Source: Rhodosorus marinus CCMP1338 (lineage: Eukaryota; Plantae; Rhodophyta). From it: a stretch of 64,000 nt of DNA. This document shows positions 1-11,750 of the stretch, piece by piece. Within the stretch, counting starts at the first letter, position 1; the number at the start of each line of letters is the position of its first letter. The notes below the pieces were generated by a model. That model did not search any database. It worked only from the letters and a program-made list of their open reading frames with translations, and was not told where the DNA came from. The translations under genes were made by a program, and so were the position numbers. The DNA is taken from contig JAMWBK010000010.1 in the NCBI GenBank assembly GCA_029953675.1, forward strand, positions 372,001-436,000, written 5' to 3'.

Positions 1-1289
1 ACTCAGAGATTCCGCGCGGACAGTTTCTAAGATGTTCTCAACAATCTAGACTTTGTCCTGGGCGATTCGAATAGAACATGCAGAGCAAATTAGTGTTACC
101 CAGAAGAAGTCACTTTCGGACGATGCAGCACAAGCTCAGTAAGCAGAATTGTAAAATGCTCTACAGACTAAAACAATGCCTCTGTCGAAGAATCGTATCT
201 GAGCTGTTCATGGGTCAGTCGCCTATCTACAGGTAGCCGTACTATACCGTTCAAACGTGTTACTAAGAATCTAACAAAGAGCCGAGAGGCTTCAAGCGCC
301 TCATAACGGGCTAATGGGTATTTCCTGTCCGCAGGTACCGCTCTATTCGAGGTCGGCGTTCTTGCTGGGGCGCCGTCGACTTCTCGACATGCCTCTACGG
401 GAGCTTGAGCCCAGGACTAGCCTTCTGTCCATAGTCATAGCGTTGTTAAGTCCTGTCAGGGGTCTGCGACTCCCCGTGGAAACCCCTATCGGAATAAGAG
501 TTGCTGCGGTTCCGGTATCTGCTGACTACCAAAACGGTCACCAACACATACACTCCCCACACCTCCAGGATGAAATCAAGCGATCACCCACCACACAACA
601 CGATCCAGGACGTCAAGCCTCATGCGAAAGATTTGAGGGTCACTGCTGATGGTGATACTTTGGTTGGCTCCCAGTCCGCTCCTTGTGGACGTTCAGAAAT
701 TACTACCAACACGACACGGGGGATGAAGCTCCAGAAACATATTTCATTATATTTTTGAGGGTTTCTATTTTAGGATTCTCGGAATTTAGCCGCTTTTTGG
801 TGTAAGGACGTTGTTGAGTAGTTTTTTTCGGGAGGGTGTTGCGTTGGGAGGGGACGTGGGGACGAGATGATGACGTACATGAGTGAAGTGTTAGTTTACG
901 TCCTGCATCGTGATCTTGAAAGAGCAAGGCCTGAGCTTCACCCTGAAGCAATCATCGCGTTTTCGGAGGGACGGTCAATGTTGAAAAGCGTCCGAGAGTG
1001 TAGAAACTCTTTCAACACAGAGGATCCGTCGTGTTGACAGGAGTTTTAGGAATCAAGACTGCGGATTTAGGATAGTTAGTTGGGTGGGCTCACTTCGAGT
1101 TAGTACATTGGACTGTACTTATGAGCATTCAGTAGCAGGCTTTTTGTGTCTCCGTCCAGGTTTCAGCACGTGTACTCCGGATGATTCTAACGGAAAATTA
1201 GCTGAATTTTTTGAATTTTCGTTCGAATGCCCCTACTGACGCAGTCGCAGCTCAGAAGTACAGCAAGGATCGCCTCTAGAGTCCACCGA

Positions 1290-1500
1290 CATCCACAGGA
1301 GCAGCAAATGCTTGTGCCTTGGGTAGGTGGTGGTTCCAGTTGTCATGCTGTGGCGAGGAGCAGGATGCGCTAGTAGTCCAATGAGAGGGTTCGGTACTTC
1401 CTTCTATTGTCCTTCCGAGCTGCTCATGGAAGACGTAGATGATGAGCTGTAAGGTATAATCATAGAACGAGATCTACACGAGCGCTACCAAATGTCATTC
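1290..1500 (-). mobile_element. Possible highly decayed Ty3/gypsy integrase fragment
   Basis: Minus strand, allowing one frameshift: FHEQ-SEGQ*KE resembles YHPQSDGQTER, and QHDNWNHHLPKAQAFA resembles the WDEHLPLxxFAY segment of gypsy integrases. Stops and frameshifts present. Confidence 0.3.
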
Positions 1501-1527
1501 TTCCCCTCCTAATGCGATGAGGTTGAC

Positions 1528-1653
1528 GGAAACGGGTTTTTTCATGCTGTACAGCGGCGTCCATGTACCACTCAGCTAGTAGCTCCGCAAGGAAACGTGG
1601 GGTTTTCATGCTTTACAGAACCGTCCATATGCCACTCAGCTAGTAGCTCAGCA
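1528..1653. repeat. Imperfect tandem duplication, 2 x about 63 bp
   Basis: ggaaacg..ttttcatgct.tacag...cgtccat.t.ccactcagctagtagctc.gca starts at 1528 and again at 1591. Confidence 0.85.
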
Positions 1654-3384
1654 CCTCGGCTTCTATCGCCAGTGGTAGAAAAGGTCATGGAACAGGCAGG
1701 GGCTCCCGACTCAAACAAAGATACTCGGGTGAAACCCCCTCAATCTTTTAACCGCTAAAAAGAGCTTGGAGGTCAATTTAGTCCTACAGTCCTAAACAAA
1801 GGGAAAAGAAGCCAAACCGCGGCGAGAGGGCGACGCTCTGGTTCCCCCCGCCAAAGGCAATCGTTCACAGTCGCATGGAGCCTTGGCCCTTGACGCCGGT
1901 TCTTTCCTACGCTCCAGTTTAGGGTCTACTGGAGCGTATTCGACGCCGCCCGAAGAGTACAGGGCCGACCGGTTACTGCTGCGTTGCTTGGAGCACATTG
2001 CACTAATGTGGGACGAGTAAGCCATGCCACTACCGTCCCTAAAGAGTGCTGACATTGGCAAAACCATGGAACCTAGTCCTGGTTAGCAGTTTCAAACGGT
2101 CAGGCAGCAACCTTAGAGGGACCGAGTCCATTCCCCAAATACTATTTTTGGAAGCCAACAAGTTGTCCTCTCCGTTTTCTACCGTTCTTAAATCTAGATC
2201 ATCGTGCGAAGCTGACCTATTTTCAATAGAAAAATGATATATCCATTGCACACGAACCCTCAATCAATTTTCATTGCCAAAGGTTTTCCAGTTAAAAAAT
2301 CATTCCATAGACCGCACTGTTTGACCTTGATTCTTAAATCTAGATTAATTTACGAACGACTACTCTAAACCATTTAAGACCTCGTTTTGAAGGTGAAAAT
2401 ATGTTGTCAGCATTTTTGCTTTGGATCTTTTTTTAAGGCTCTTCCGTCCAACTTAACTGATTCTCGCTGTGAACGAAGCCCTCCTCGATGTCAGGGGGAA
2501 AAAAAGAAAGAAGCCGATCTATAAATAGAAATATCTGATTCAGGAAGCTTCGGTCTGAAGAGAAAATTATGTTTTTAAATATTTTATTGACGATTGAAGA
2601 AAACTGTGAACAAAAACATACGTTTTTCTTATTTGCTCCGGGAAAGACCCCCAAGGGTCGGGTAGAACTTCATCCTCGATGTATGATAGGAGAGGGGGTA
2701 TTTTTGACAAACATGAGATATCAAATATTATAATCAATATTTGTAAATTATTAAAGCGGTCAAGATTCTTGAGTTTTCGTTCACACCCTTTCCCCTTGTG
2801 CCGCCTTTAAAAAAATGTTAGAATGCATACCCCCCTACTAACTAAACGAAACTGGGAGGCAAAAAATGCTGTTAACTCCGAAAAGAACGAACATTATTCT
2901 TTTCAACGAAAAAAAACCGGCGCCAAGACGAAGCCCCCGCGCGTCTCTCCGATCTTTCTTGTTTTTTTTATGTTGGCACGATGATATGGGGAAATAATGG
3001 GTGTGGGGAGAGTGGTAATCAATCCTTGGCTGACGGGAAACTCCAACAGGAGAAATTTTATTTTTCATTTGATAAATCGGTTAGAAAAGACGTTGGACTC
3101 TTATGGGCAGAAATCTTTTTGCTCGGTTCGAGCAGAATTTCGTTTGTGCCAGGAAAGAAAGGACTTTTCCAGGGCGAAGGTTGGGAGATGGTATATATGG
3201 GGAGGGAACTATTGTGGGTGTGGGTTGACTTGAGAGGAAGAAGGTACTTCAATAAGTTGTGTATTAGCACATCAAACATTTTGACTATTTGGTTCTGATC
3301 TCTTGAGGAGGAGACGAGAGGGGTTAGGAGGTTTGTGTATATTTAACGTATTCTGTATCGCTGTTTGTAAAAGCTCTACCCAAG

Positions 3385-6159
3385 ATGGTTATTACTTCCA
3401 TCGACCTTGGGTCGCTGGACGAGAAGATGGAGCTTCAGGTCAGCCCTGATGACCTGAAGGTGGACCCGGAATTCGGGTTGACTGAAGGGGAGGCCAAGGA
3501 GAGGATGGAGGCCATTGGTCCGAACGAGCTGCCGAAGAAGAAGAGGAACAAGTTCATGCAGTTCTTGTCGTTCTTCATGAACCCGTTGTCATATATCATG
3601 GAACTGGCTGCAATCCTGGCGATTAGTGTTACCGCTATCGGCGGGAATGTTCCGGACTACCCGGACTTTATCGGAATCGTGTTTTTGCTCGTGGTCAATG
3701 CTACAATCGGATTCGTTGAAGAGACAAAGGCTGGAGATGCTGTAGATGCTTTGATGGCGTCCCTGAGTCCTGAAGCAAAGGTGAAGCGTGATGGTCAGTG
3801 GAAGTCAATCGACGCTCGAGAACTGGTTCCTGGCGATATCATTGCGATCAAGCTTGGAGATATTGTGCCTGCTGATGCCAAGGTCATTGCAGGAGAGAAC
3901 GTCAAGGCGGACCAGTCTGCGATGACGGGAGAGTCCCTCCCAGTGAGCAAGGAGAAGGGCGACCTTCTGTATTCTGGCTGTGTCATCAAGATGGGTGAAT
4001 GTGAGGCTCTCGTGGTCGCCACCGGACCGGCAACATTTTTCGGAAGAGCGGCAGCACTCGTGGATGAGGGTGGCCCAAGCAACCATTTCCAGATCATCCT
4101 GGTCAGGATTGGCCTTTTCTGCGTGGGCTTGATTACCATCTTCACCATCGCAATCATTATTGTGATGTGGCCAGTTTTCCAATACTCGTTCAACAGGGGA
4201 ATCAATAACGTACTTGTACTGTTGATCGGAGGTGTTCCGATTGCGATGCCGACGGTGCTCAGCGTCACCATGTCTGTTGGTGCTCACAGTCTGGCCAAGT
4301 TCAAGGCTATCGTTACTAGGATCACTGCTGTGGAGGAAATGGCAGGAATGGATATTCTCTGCTCGGACAAGACCGGTACTTTGACGAAGAATAAGCTCGA
4401 GATCAACTTGGACATGCTGATTTCCTACCTCAAGGAGTATACCGTCCATGACGTCATGGTTATGGCCGCGCGCGCCGCACGAACTGAGAACCAGGATGCG
4501 ATTGACTTCGCCATCGTAAACCAACTCAGCGACCCGAGCGAGGCCCGAAAGGACATCAAGGAGGTCCATTTCATGCCTTTCGATCCGATCAGCAAGCGTA
4601 CGCAGATCACATATGTGGACGAGGCCACCGGCAAGACGATGCGCTCCTCCAAGGGAGCCCCGCAGATCATTAGGGATATCTGCAAAGCTGAGGGCGATTT
4701 CAAGAAGGAGATCGATCAGGCCATTGACGACTTTGCAGGGAGCGGCTACCGCGCACTTGGAGTCTGCGTTGCTGAAGTACCGGAAGGAACTAGGAGTGAG
4801 GAGTTGCCTGATTGCGACTGGACCTTCGTCGGAATGATTCCCATTTATGATCCTCCAAGGGACGATTCTGCGGAAACCATTCAGAAGGCGCTCGACCTCG
4901 GTGTCCAAGTGAAGATGATCACGGGAGACCAGCTGGCTATTGGCAAAGAAACCGCTCGCCTGCTTGGTATGGGAACCAACATGTACAACGCCGAAATCCT
5001 CAGCGCTGAAAAGAAACGTGAGGTCGAGATGACCACGGGTCAGAGCATGGCTGAAGTGCTTGAGGGATGTGATGGAGTTGCGGGAGTTATGCCCGAGGAC
5101 AAGTACGAGATCGTGAAGGAGCTGATCGGCAACGGACATGTTGTTGGAATGACCGGAGATGGTGTGAACGACGCCCCTGCGCTCAAGAGGGCTAACATTG
5201 GCGTTGCAGTTGCCGACGCCACTGATGCCGCAAGGAGCGCCGCTGACATTGTTCTGACCGAGTCCGGACTCAGCGTCATCATTACTGCTATCATTGGAGC
5301 GAGGAAGATTTTCCAGAGGATGAAGAACTATGCTCTTTTGGCCACGGCAACCACTGTGAGAGTGGTCGTAAGCTTTTCGATCCTGATCTTTGCTTGGAAG
5401 TACGATCAGCCACCATTCCTGGTGCTGCTTTTGGCACTTCTCAATGACGGAACCATCATGACAATTTCAACTGATCGCGTACAGCCATCGAAGGTTCCGG
5501 ACCAGTGGAGGCTTGGAGAGATCTTCTTCGTTGCAGTTACAATGGGTCTCTACCTGACGATTTCGACGCTGCTGTTCTTCCATATTGTTTTCGAGACGGA
5601 TTTCCCACAGACGCTTGGCCTCGAAGCGCCTTGGTTGGACCCGGAGAGTTCGGACTTCAGAAACCCGAATGCGTTCATGCTCCACTCACTTGTTTACATG
5701 CAGGTCTCTATCAGTGGACAGGCGCTGATCTTCAGTACTCGCTCGACAACTTTCTGGTTTATGGAGAGGCCGAGCGTGCTCCTGATGCTCGCTTTCGTCA
5801 CAGCGCAGCTGATCTGTACCTTCCTCGGTGTTTACGCGGACTTTGGTTTCACTCAAATCTCGGGTGTTGGATGGGGCTGGGCTGCCTTCGTGTGGGTGTA
5901 CAACCTGTGCTGGTTCCTCCCGATTGACATTCCCAAGCACTTCGCGAAGGCTCTCCTGCATCCAGAGGCCTGGCTGCATAGCAGGAAGCAGCACTTCCGC
6001 GGCGCGAAGCGCACCGACCCCTTCAGGAGGAACTCGATTTCTTCCATTGGAGTCGACGCTGCCCGTCAACGTGCTTCAATCGAGTCGACGCTCACTGCAC
6101 AGCACCGAAACTCGCTCAACATTACGATTCGCGAGCTCGAGGAGAAGAAATACCGATAA
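3385..6159 (+). CDS. PMA1: Plasma-membrane P3A-type H+-ATPase (924 aa, intronless)
   Basis: DKTGTLT phosphorylation site, TGES actuator, KGAP, DPPR, MITGD and TGDGVNDAPALK motifs; GVPIAMP in M4; about 10 hydrophobic segments. Confidence 0.98.
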   Translation: MVITSIDLGSLDEKMELQVSPDDLKVDPEFGLTEGEAKERMEAIGPNELPKKKRNKFMQFLSFFMNPLSYIMELAAILAISVTAIGGNVPDYPDFIGIVFLLVVNATIGFVEETKAGDAVDALMASLSPEAKVKRDGQWKSIDARELVPGDIIAIKLGDIVPADAKVIAGENVKADQSAMTGESLPVSKEKGDLLYSGCVIKMGECEALVVATGPATFFGRAAALVDEGGPSNHFQIILVRIGLFCVGLITIFTIAIIIVMWPVFQYSFNRGINNVLVLLIGGVPIAMPTVLSVTMSVGAHSLAKFKAIVTRITAVEEMAGMDILCSDKTGTLTKNKLEINLDMLISYLKEYTVHDVMVMAARAARTENQDAIDFAIVNQLSDPSEARKDIKEVHFMPFDPISKRTQITYVDEATGKTMRSSKGAPQIIRDICKAEGDFKKEIDQAIDDFAGSGYRALGVCVAEVPEGTRSEELPDCDWTFVGMIPIYDPPRDDSAETIQKALDLGVQVKMITGDQLAIGKETARLLGMGTNMYNAEILSAEKKREVEMTTGQSMAEVLEGCDGVAGVMPEDKYEIVKELIGNGHVVGMTGDGVNDAPALKRANIGVAVADATDAARSAADIVLTESGLSVIITAIIGARKIFQRMKNYALLATATTVRVVVSFSILIFAWKYDQPPFLVLLLALLNDGTIMTISTDRVQPSKVPDQWRLGEIFFVAVTMGLYLTISTLLFFHIVFETDFPQTLGLEAPWLDPESSDFRNPNAFMLHSLVYMQVSISGQALIFSTRSTTFWFMERPSVLLMLAFVTAQLICTFLGVYADFGFTQISGVGWGWAAFVWVYNLCWFLPIDIPKHFAKALLHPEAWLHSRKQHFRGAKRTDPFRRNSISSIGVDAARQRASIESTLTAQHRNSLNITIRELEEKKYR

Positions 6160-6519
6160 GCGATACAAGCTTCTCAGCTTGTATCGGTGCAATTAGAATA
6201 AGAGAACATATTTCAAGTTATTGCATAGCTGGGAAAATTACAATAGATACATAACTTGTATAAAACAACCCCTTAATTCACAACACCATTTGCACACAGC
6301 TCACAGTCCCGCCCTGGTTCTTCGCACGGTCCGAAGTTCTGCATTAGTTCGTAGAGTTGAAAAACAGCCTGTCTGCCACCGACACGAGCTCGTGGCAGCC
6401 GGGAACGCATGAATCCTCGGGGGGGGGGGTAGCGGGCGGGGGGGGTCGACTGAGGCGATCATATTGATATGATCCATGGGCAGCTTTTGTCAGGATAGTC
6501 AGAAAGCTGGAGGCTTGAG

Positions 6520-7836
6520 ATGATTCGATCTTCTCTTGCTCGAATTGCAAAGCTGAATCGGAGTTTGAAAGCTGATTCCCAAAGTGTTGATAGACTTGGT
6601 CGGCTGTTTACTACTTCCAGTGATGATAGACGAAACAAGGATGCGACGAAGAAGCCGGCAGCTGCTGTACTGCCGAAATCCGTAGCGACAGGAGCAGTTC
6701 CGATTCCTGCGCGTAAGAAGAGTCACGTGCGTGATAAAAAGAAGCGGTTGAAGCGAAGCAGTCCGAACGATCGTCAAGTTTGCGCGGCGTATTCGACCAC
6801 TGGCGATGTTGACCTTGGGCAGCTGCATTTGACCTTGACGTTGAAGGGAATTGCGCTAGTGAGTTTCCTCCACCTAAAAAAAATTAGCCAAACAGGACTG
6901 GGTCCTCACACAATTCGGTTCCCTGCATCTCGACTGTTCTTCAGGAAGGTCGCGAAAAGTATGGCAACGAATCTTCAGGTTGTAGCATTCCAGGCGGAAC
7001 TGGACGTGAAAACGGCTACTTGTTTATGTTCCCCAGCGGCTCTCTGGTCTTCTGGGATGTACCATTAGGTACTCGACGAAAGATTTTCGATGAAGCCAGG
7101 TGAGGAACACTATCCTGAAGTTCCCATGGAAAACTTTGACTCGCTTTCTGAGAGCTTTTCATCTCTAAAAGCTCAGTGAGCTTTCTGGAGATGACCTGAT
7201 TGTCCCTTTCGATGAATTTGATCACGAATTTGAGATCAACGTGGAGGAGGAGAACACCTACTTCAAAAACGACAAGATCCACGTGAGAGACTTGAGCAAC
7301 AAAGAGGAGCTCCTCGCTCTATCCTTTGGCCTCGCGCAATCCACAAAGTTGCAAGTTTATGAGGAAGCCATCGATAAACTGGTTGAAGAAACTCAGGTTC
7401 TACCTAATCAGCTGGCGATCCATGGGAGAATCTATGAGTCCAATAGAACTCTTAAGCGGAGAATGGGCACGCTGCTCTCCGCTAGGTAACCAGCCTGATC
7501 TGTCTGTGAACAGAAATCATGATGAGTTTTTGACTAGTAGTCATATACTTGTGAACTAGGTACTCGATGAGCCTTCTATCGGACATTCTGGATACTCCTG
7601 ACTTCTTCTGGGAGCATCCGAATCTGGAAGTTCTCCACAAGCAGTGCCGCAGCGAGATCGGCATAAGCAAGAGAGTAAACTTGCTCTCAAGGCGTATGGA
7701 CATCATTAAGGATTCGCTGGACTTGATCAATACCGAAATCACGGGGACAAGTAGTCATCGAGTTGAATGGTACATTGTCTCGCTCATCGCGGTGGAGATT
7801 GTCATCGAAGTTGGAAAGCTTTTCTTCGATCACTAG
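6520..7836 (+). CDS. RMND1: RMD1/RMND1 (DUF155) family protein, multi-exon, probable mitochondrial presequence
   Basis: Exons read GYLFMFPSGSLVFWDV, ALSFGLAQSTKL..YE, DILDTPDFFWE and SSHRVEWYIVSLIAVEI; GT-AG introns near 6855, 7099 and 7486 (approximate). Confidence 0.88.
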
Positions 7837-8479
7837 GTGCATTCACCGGTTTTCATTCCGTCTTGTTGCTGGACAAGGACGCACATTCGAGTGCTGTCGA
7901 TGTCATGCTTGAAGATCCGTCCTTCCGGATTTTCTTCGTACACAAATGTCAACCCCAACAAAGCCCTGCAGAGAACGGTACGAACTAATCACTGTTTTGT
8001 GGGAATAATCTTGCTGTTCGTCGACAATCGTGAAGGCGCGGAACAGGGTTTCCAAGTGAGCCCGCCGCCGCCCATGCATCCCTTTTCATGTGCTCCACCA
8101 AAAATTGGCCTGGGTTGTTAATCATTCGATGGGTGACCTGCTCAAGCTCAATTGGACAAACATGTAAATTCTATTAACGCTTTGCCGCCAGCAATGACTT
8201 CCTGACAATGGCATCCAGTTGGAGATTCATGACCACCCGAGTTCTACCGCAGCTCCTCGATTCGCAGCGGCAGGATTGCTAATCATTTGATAGGTGGCCT
8301 CCTCAGGCGCTTCCTTGCCGCTAGCTCGAAATGCCTTCCTCAACACTACTATCAAAGCCCTACTCCCCTAGAGAGTTCCTATCCGCATTGAATTCTACAC
8401 AATAGCAATCACGTTGGAAATTCATGAAACCTCCCCGTAACGAATCTTTTGTCGTGAGCTGGCCGGAGTTAACAAGTCA

Positions 8480-8750
8480 CAGAGCCCATGGCCTATCAGC
8501 TTCCCCGTGAAGAGCCTCTGGTCTATGAGCTACAAGCGGCAATCAGCTCCTCAGTGAGCACTCGATTCGCTACGATAAGCTTTTGCAGGAGACATCTACG
8601 TATCATCTGTCCATCAAGAAGAATTCTTTCCAGACTCCTTCACCTTGTAGGAGCTCTTGGCCACAGTCATCATCACGACACCAACAACATAACACATCAA
8701 CAGAAGGTCATCAGTTCCAAACGCCTTGCTCTTCCCCATCTGAGATTCTC
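8480..8750 (+). repeat. Dispersed repeat, copy A (truncated; ends in a fragment resembling the 99-bp unit)
   Basis: agagcccatggcc..cagcttcc..gaaga.cctctggtctatgagctacaagcggc...catcacgacaccaacaa is shared with 8764 and 11342. Confidence 0.9.
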
Positions 8751-8763
8751 AGCCCGGGTACAG

Positions 8764-9170
8764 TAGAGCCCATGGCCTTCCAGCTTCTGCGCGAAGAACC
8801 TCTGGCCTATGCGCTGCAAGGGGCGTTCACAGATCCTCAGCGAGCACTCAATTTACATTTGCTACGCCAGGCTGGCGAAGGAGACTTGTGCGAATCGCCT
8901 GTCCGTGACGGAGAATTCTTTCCAGACGGCTCCATCTTGTAGCCTCTCTGGGCCGCTGCGGCAATCATCGTCACGACACCAACAACATAACGTTCACTCC
9001 GTAGAAACCGATCTCCTATGACCGGATCGACTTCTCCAACCCTGCTGGCTCATTGAGATGCCGCCTTCCATGTGAATGAACACATCCACGTGAGCACAGC
9101 GAGGTCAAACAGGGTGGGAAATCCAGCTGGTTCGAAGCTGTCACGACGCGTTGGGACATTTCATCTAGCA
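8764..9170 (+). repeat. Dispersed repeat, copy B (about 400 bp)
   Basis: Collinear with 11342-11750 over the full length (ccgtagaaac, cgacttc.ccaaccctgctggctc, agcgaggtcaaa, ggaaatc.agctggtt). Confidence 0.9.
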
Positions 9171-9175
9171 GCGGA

Positions 9176-9706
9176 ATGGCATTCTTCCTAAGTCATCAGT
9201 TACCAAACGCGACGCTCTTCCTCATTTGAGATTCTCGTCAATGGCATTCCGTTGAGAGATTTATACGAAGATGGCATGCTTCCCAAACAAGTCATCAGCT
9301 CCAAACGCGGTGCTCTTTCTCATTTGTGAGATTCTCGCAATTGACCTTCCGTTGAGAGGTTTTCCGAGGATGGCATTCTTCCCAAATAAGTCAGCAGTTC
9401 TGGAAGTGACAAGTTGCGCTTGTCTTTCAAGTTTGCGGATCCCCTCTCTGTTTGTTCGTCAATGACATTCCGTTGAGAGATTTATACGAAGATGGCATGC
9501 TTCCCAAACAAGTCATCAGCTCCAAACGCGGCGCTCTTCCTCATTTGTGAGATTCTCGCCATTGACCTTCCGTTGTTAGATTTTACGAGGATGGCATTCT
9601 TCCCAAATAAGTCATCAGTTCCCCAAAATGCGTTGCTCTTCCTCGTCGATGACATTGAGTTGAGATATCTTGCGAGGATGGCATTCTTCCCAAATAAGTC
9701 ATCAGT
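9176..9706. repeat. Minisatellite, six starts of a roughly 99-bp unit
   Basis: Core atggcat(t/g)cttcccaaa(t/c)aagtcatcag starts at 9176, 9271, 9370, 9492, 9591 and 9678. Confidence 0.92.
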
Positions 9707-10169
9707 GATTAAGGTGGTAAAAGTTGTTTAACTTTGCTGTGGAGCCTCTTTGTGTTGTCTTCTTTATAAGGTGTTGAGGGGGTTTGCAATCTTCTTTGTC
9801 GGAGGGTGGGGGGGGGGAAGGGGTTTGGAGGGTTGGGGAGGATGTTTTGCTTAGGTTTGGGTTTTAGGGAGGCTCTGTTGGTGGTTTTGAACTGACGTAG
9901 GGAGTTGTGTTGTACCGGTTGATACAGTTTTTTGCCGTCTTCTCGAGGAGGCGACTGAAGTGGGCTTTGTGGTAGACCAGCGGGGTTAAGTGGAGTTGGT
10001 TTGCTGGTGGGAGGGTTGCTCGAGCGACCTTTGCGGAGAGATTTTCTTTCCAATTTTTTTTCTTTTCTTCTGAGGGGTTGAGGGACGTTGCTGTCTATCG
10101 AGGAATTTTGGGAGGGGATCGTGAGTGCACTGGAGAGGTTGTATTTGTTTGTGTTTTCTTGCAGGATAG

Positions 10170-10990
10170 ATGGCATCGTTTGCTTTTGCTAGGAAGAGGA
10201 AGGAGACTGAGTTGAGCAAACAAGGTGGTGAAGCGATCCCGCCCGGGCTTTTGAGATTGAAGAAAGGTAAAGTTTGCTCCCGACTGGGGAAGCTGTTATT
10301 TTGTGGGGTGCAGGAGCTGCTCAGCTGAGTCGCTTTGCGCGGGATTTTTCTGTTCAGATTTTGAGGAATTGGACCTGCCGAGGACCATGAAAATGAACAT
10401 GAATCCAGAAGATATTTCTACCTTCACTGTTGATCTGGTTCCAGCCGAGGGACCGTGGAGGGGTGGATTGTTTGTGTTTCGGTTTACTGTTAATACTATG
10501 TCCTATCCTCACGAACCACCAGTAGCCCTTTGTCTTACTCAGGTATCTACTTCTGCGCGTAAAGAGTGCAGTGGACGACTTAGAAATCTGCTGGCACTGA
10601 AGCCACGGCGTGTTCACCTTCTTCTCCTCTCAGGTTTATCATCCAAACATCAATAAGGAGGGAAAGATTTGTCTGAACGTGCTCAGAGACGATTGGAAAC
10701 CGTTTTATACCATCACAACCGTCTTGCAAAGCCTGCAGCTGCTTTTCACGGTACTATCCTTGATTCTTTTAATGTCGACTTGATGCTTGGTGAGCACCAT
10801 CATATCTGAAGGGCTGTTTTGTGACGTGCAACCCTTACAGGAACTCGTGAATCCGGACGACCCACTAAACAAGGAAGCCGCGGCCCTCATGAAACAGAAC
10901 GAGCGCCGCTTTGATAGCGTTGTCAGGGACACAATACGCGGTGGCATATCCGTAGACGGTGTGAGGTACCGCGGCAACCTCGCGAGATGA
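10170..10990 (+). CDS. UBC12: NEDD8/RUB1-conjugating E2 enzyme, 4 exons
   Basis: Spliced: LLRLKKD-FEELDLP..GPWRGGLFVF..YPHEPP..VYHPNINKEGKICLNVLRDDWKP..NPDDPLNKEAA..RGG; catalytic Cys present; GT-AG introns. Confidence 0.93.
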
Positions 10991-11341
10991 ACAAAGCAGA
11001 CCAGGCGAGGTACACATCTTTAAGGCCGACGAAAACAAGTGGTACTATTCGACAGTAGACAGACCAGCATATGTGTAAAGACTTGAGGCTATATTTCTCC
11101 AGATGTTCCCGAACAACACCTGAACTGTGTGCTGAGCATCAAACGTACGCGCAAAAGTGCACTTCTTGTTGTGACCAGGCTTTTTCGGAGAGATGGATGT
11201 GTCTAGCTTGCGCTTGACACATCTGCTTCCATCAAGGATAATTTTGCGAGCGGTATTCCGGCAGAGAACTAGTCGATCTTTGAGTTTGGAGGATGTCGAA
11301 TCCATGAGGACTTCATATGGAAAGCTGGCAGTAACAGGTAG

Positions 11342-11750
11342 CAGAGCCCATGCCTTCCAGCTTCCCTGCGAAAACCCTCTGGTCTATGAGCTACAAGCGG
11401 CGCTCATAGCTCCTCAGCGAGCACTCCATTCGCCTACGGAAAGCTAGTCAAGTAGAACTCTATGTATCCCCTGTCCATGCAGAAGAATACTTTCCAGACG
11501 GCTTCACCTTGTAGCCCCTCTGGGCCACGGCTGCAGTCATCATCACGACACCAACAAGTTTAACTTTCAATCCGTAGAAACTGGTCTCCTATCACCGAAT
11601 CGACTTCCAACCCTGCTGGCTCCATCCTGAGATGCCGTCTTCCGCGTGGGGCTAGGCACACAGTGCGATATGTCATAGCGAGGTCAAAAACGGTTGGAAA
11701 TCTAGCTGGTTTGGAGCTGTCAAGACGCAATGAGACATTTGATCTGGAGA
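11342..11750 (+). repeat. Dispersed repeat, copy C
   Basis: Direct-orientation homolog of 8764-9170. Confidence 0.9.

Noticed and set aside
1-500. DFVLGDSN and PHNGLMGI as non-LTR endonuclease/RT motifs
   Set aside because: Different frames, many stops and no other diagnostic residues.
3795-6069. Long antisense ORFs (for example 3805-5139, 444 aa) over the H+-ATPase
   Set aside because: Shadow frames expected from biased codon usage; the same applies to antisense ORFs over CAS, DHAD and HDAC.
9176-9706. CRISPR-like look (28-nt conserved core with variable intervening sequence)
   Set aside because: The intervening segments are homologous to each other, lengths are 60-95 nt, the context is eukaryotic and there are no cas genes; it is a minisatellite.
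11342-11600. FYGLKV and MDRGY as piggyBac/IS4-type transposase motifs in the dispersed repeat
   Set aside because: They lie in different frames, spacing is too short, and stops are shared by all three copies.
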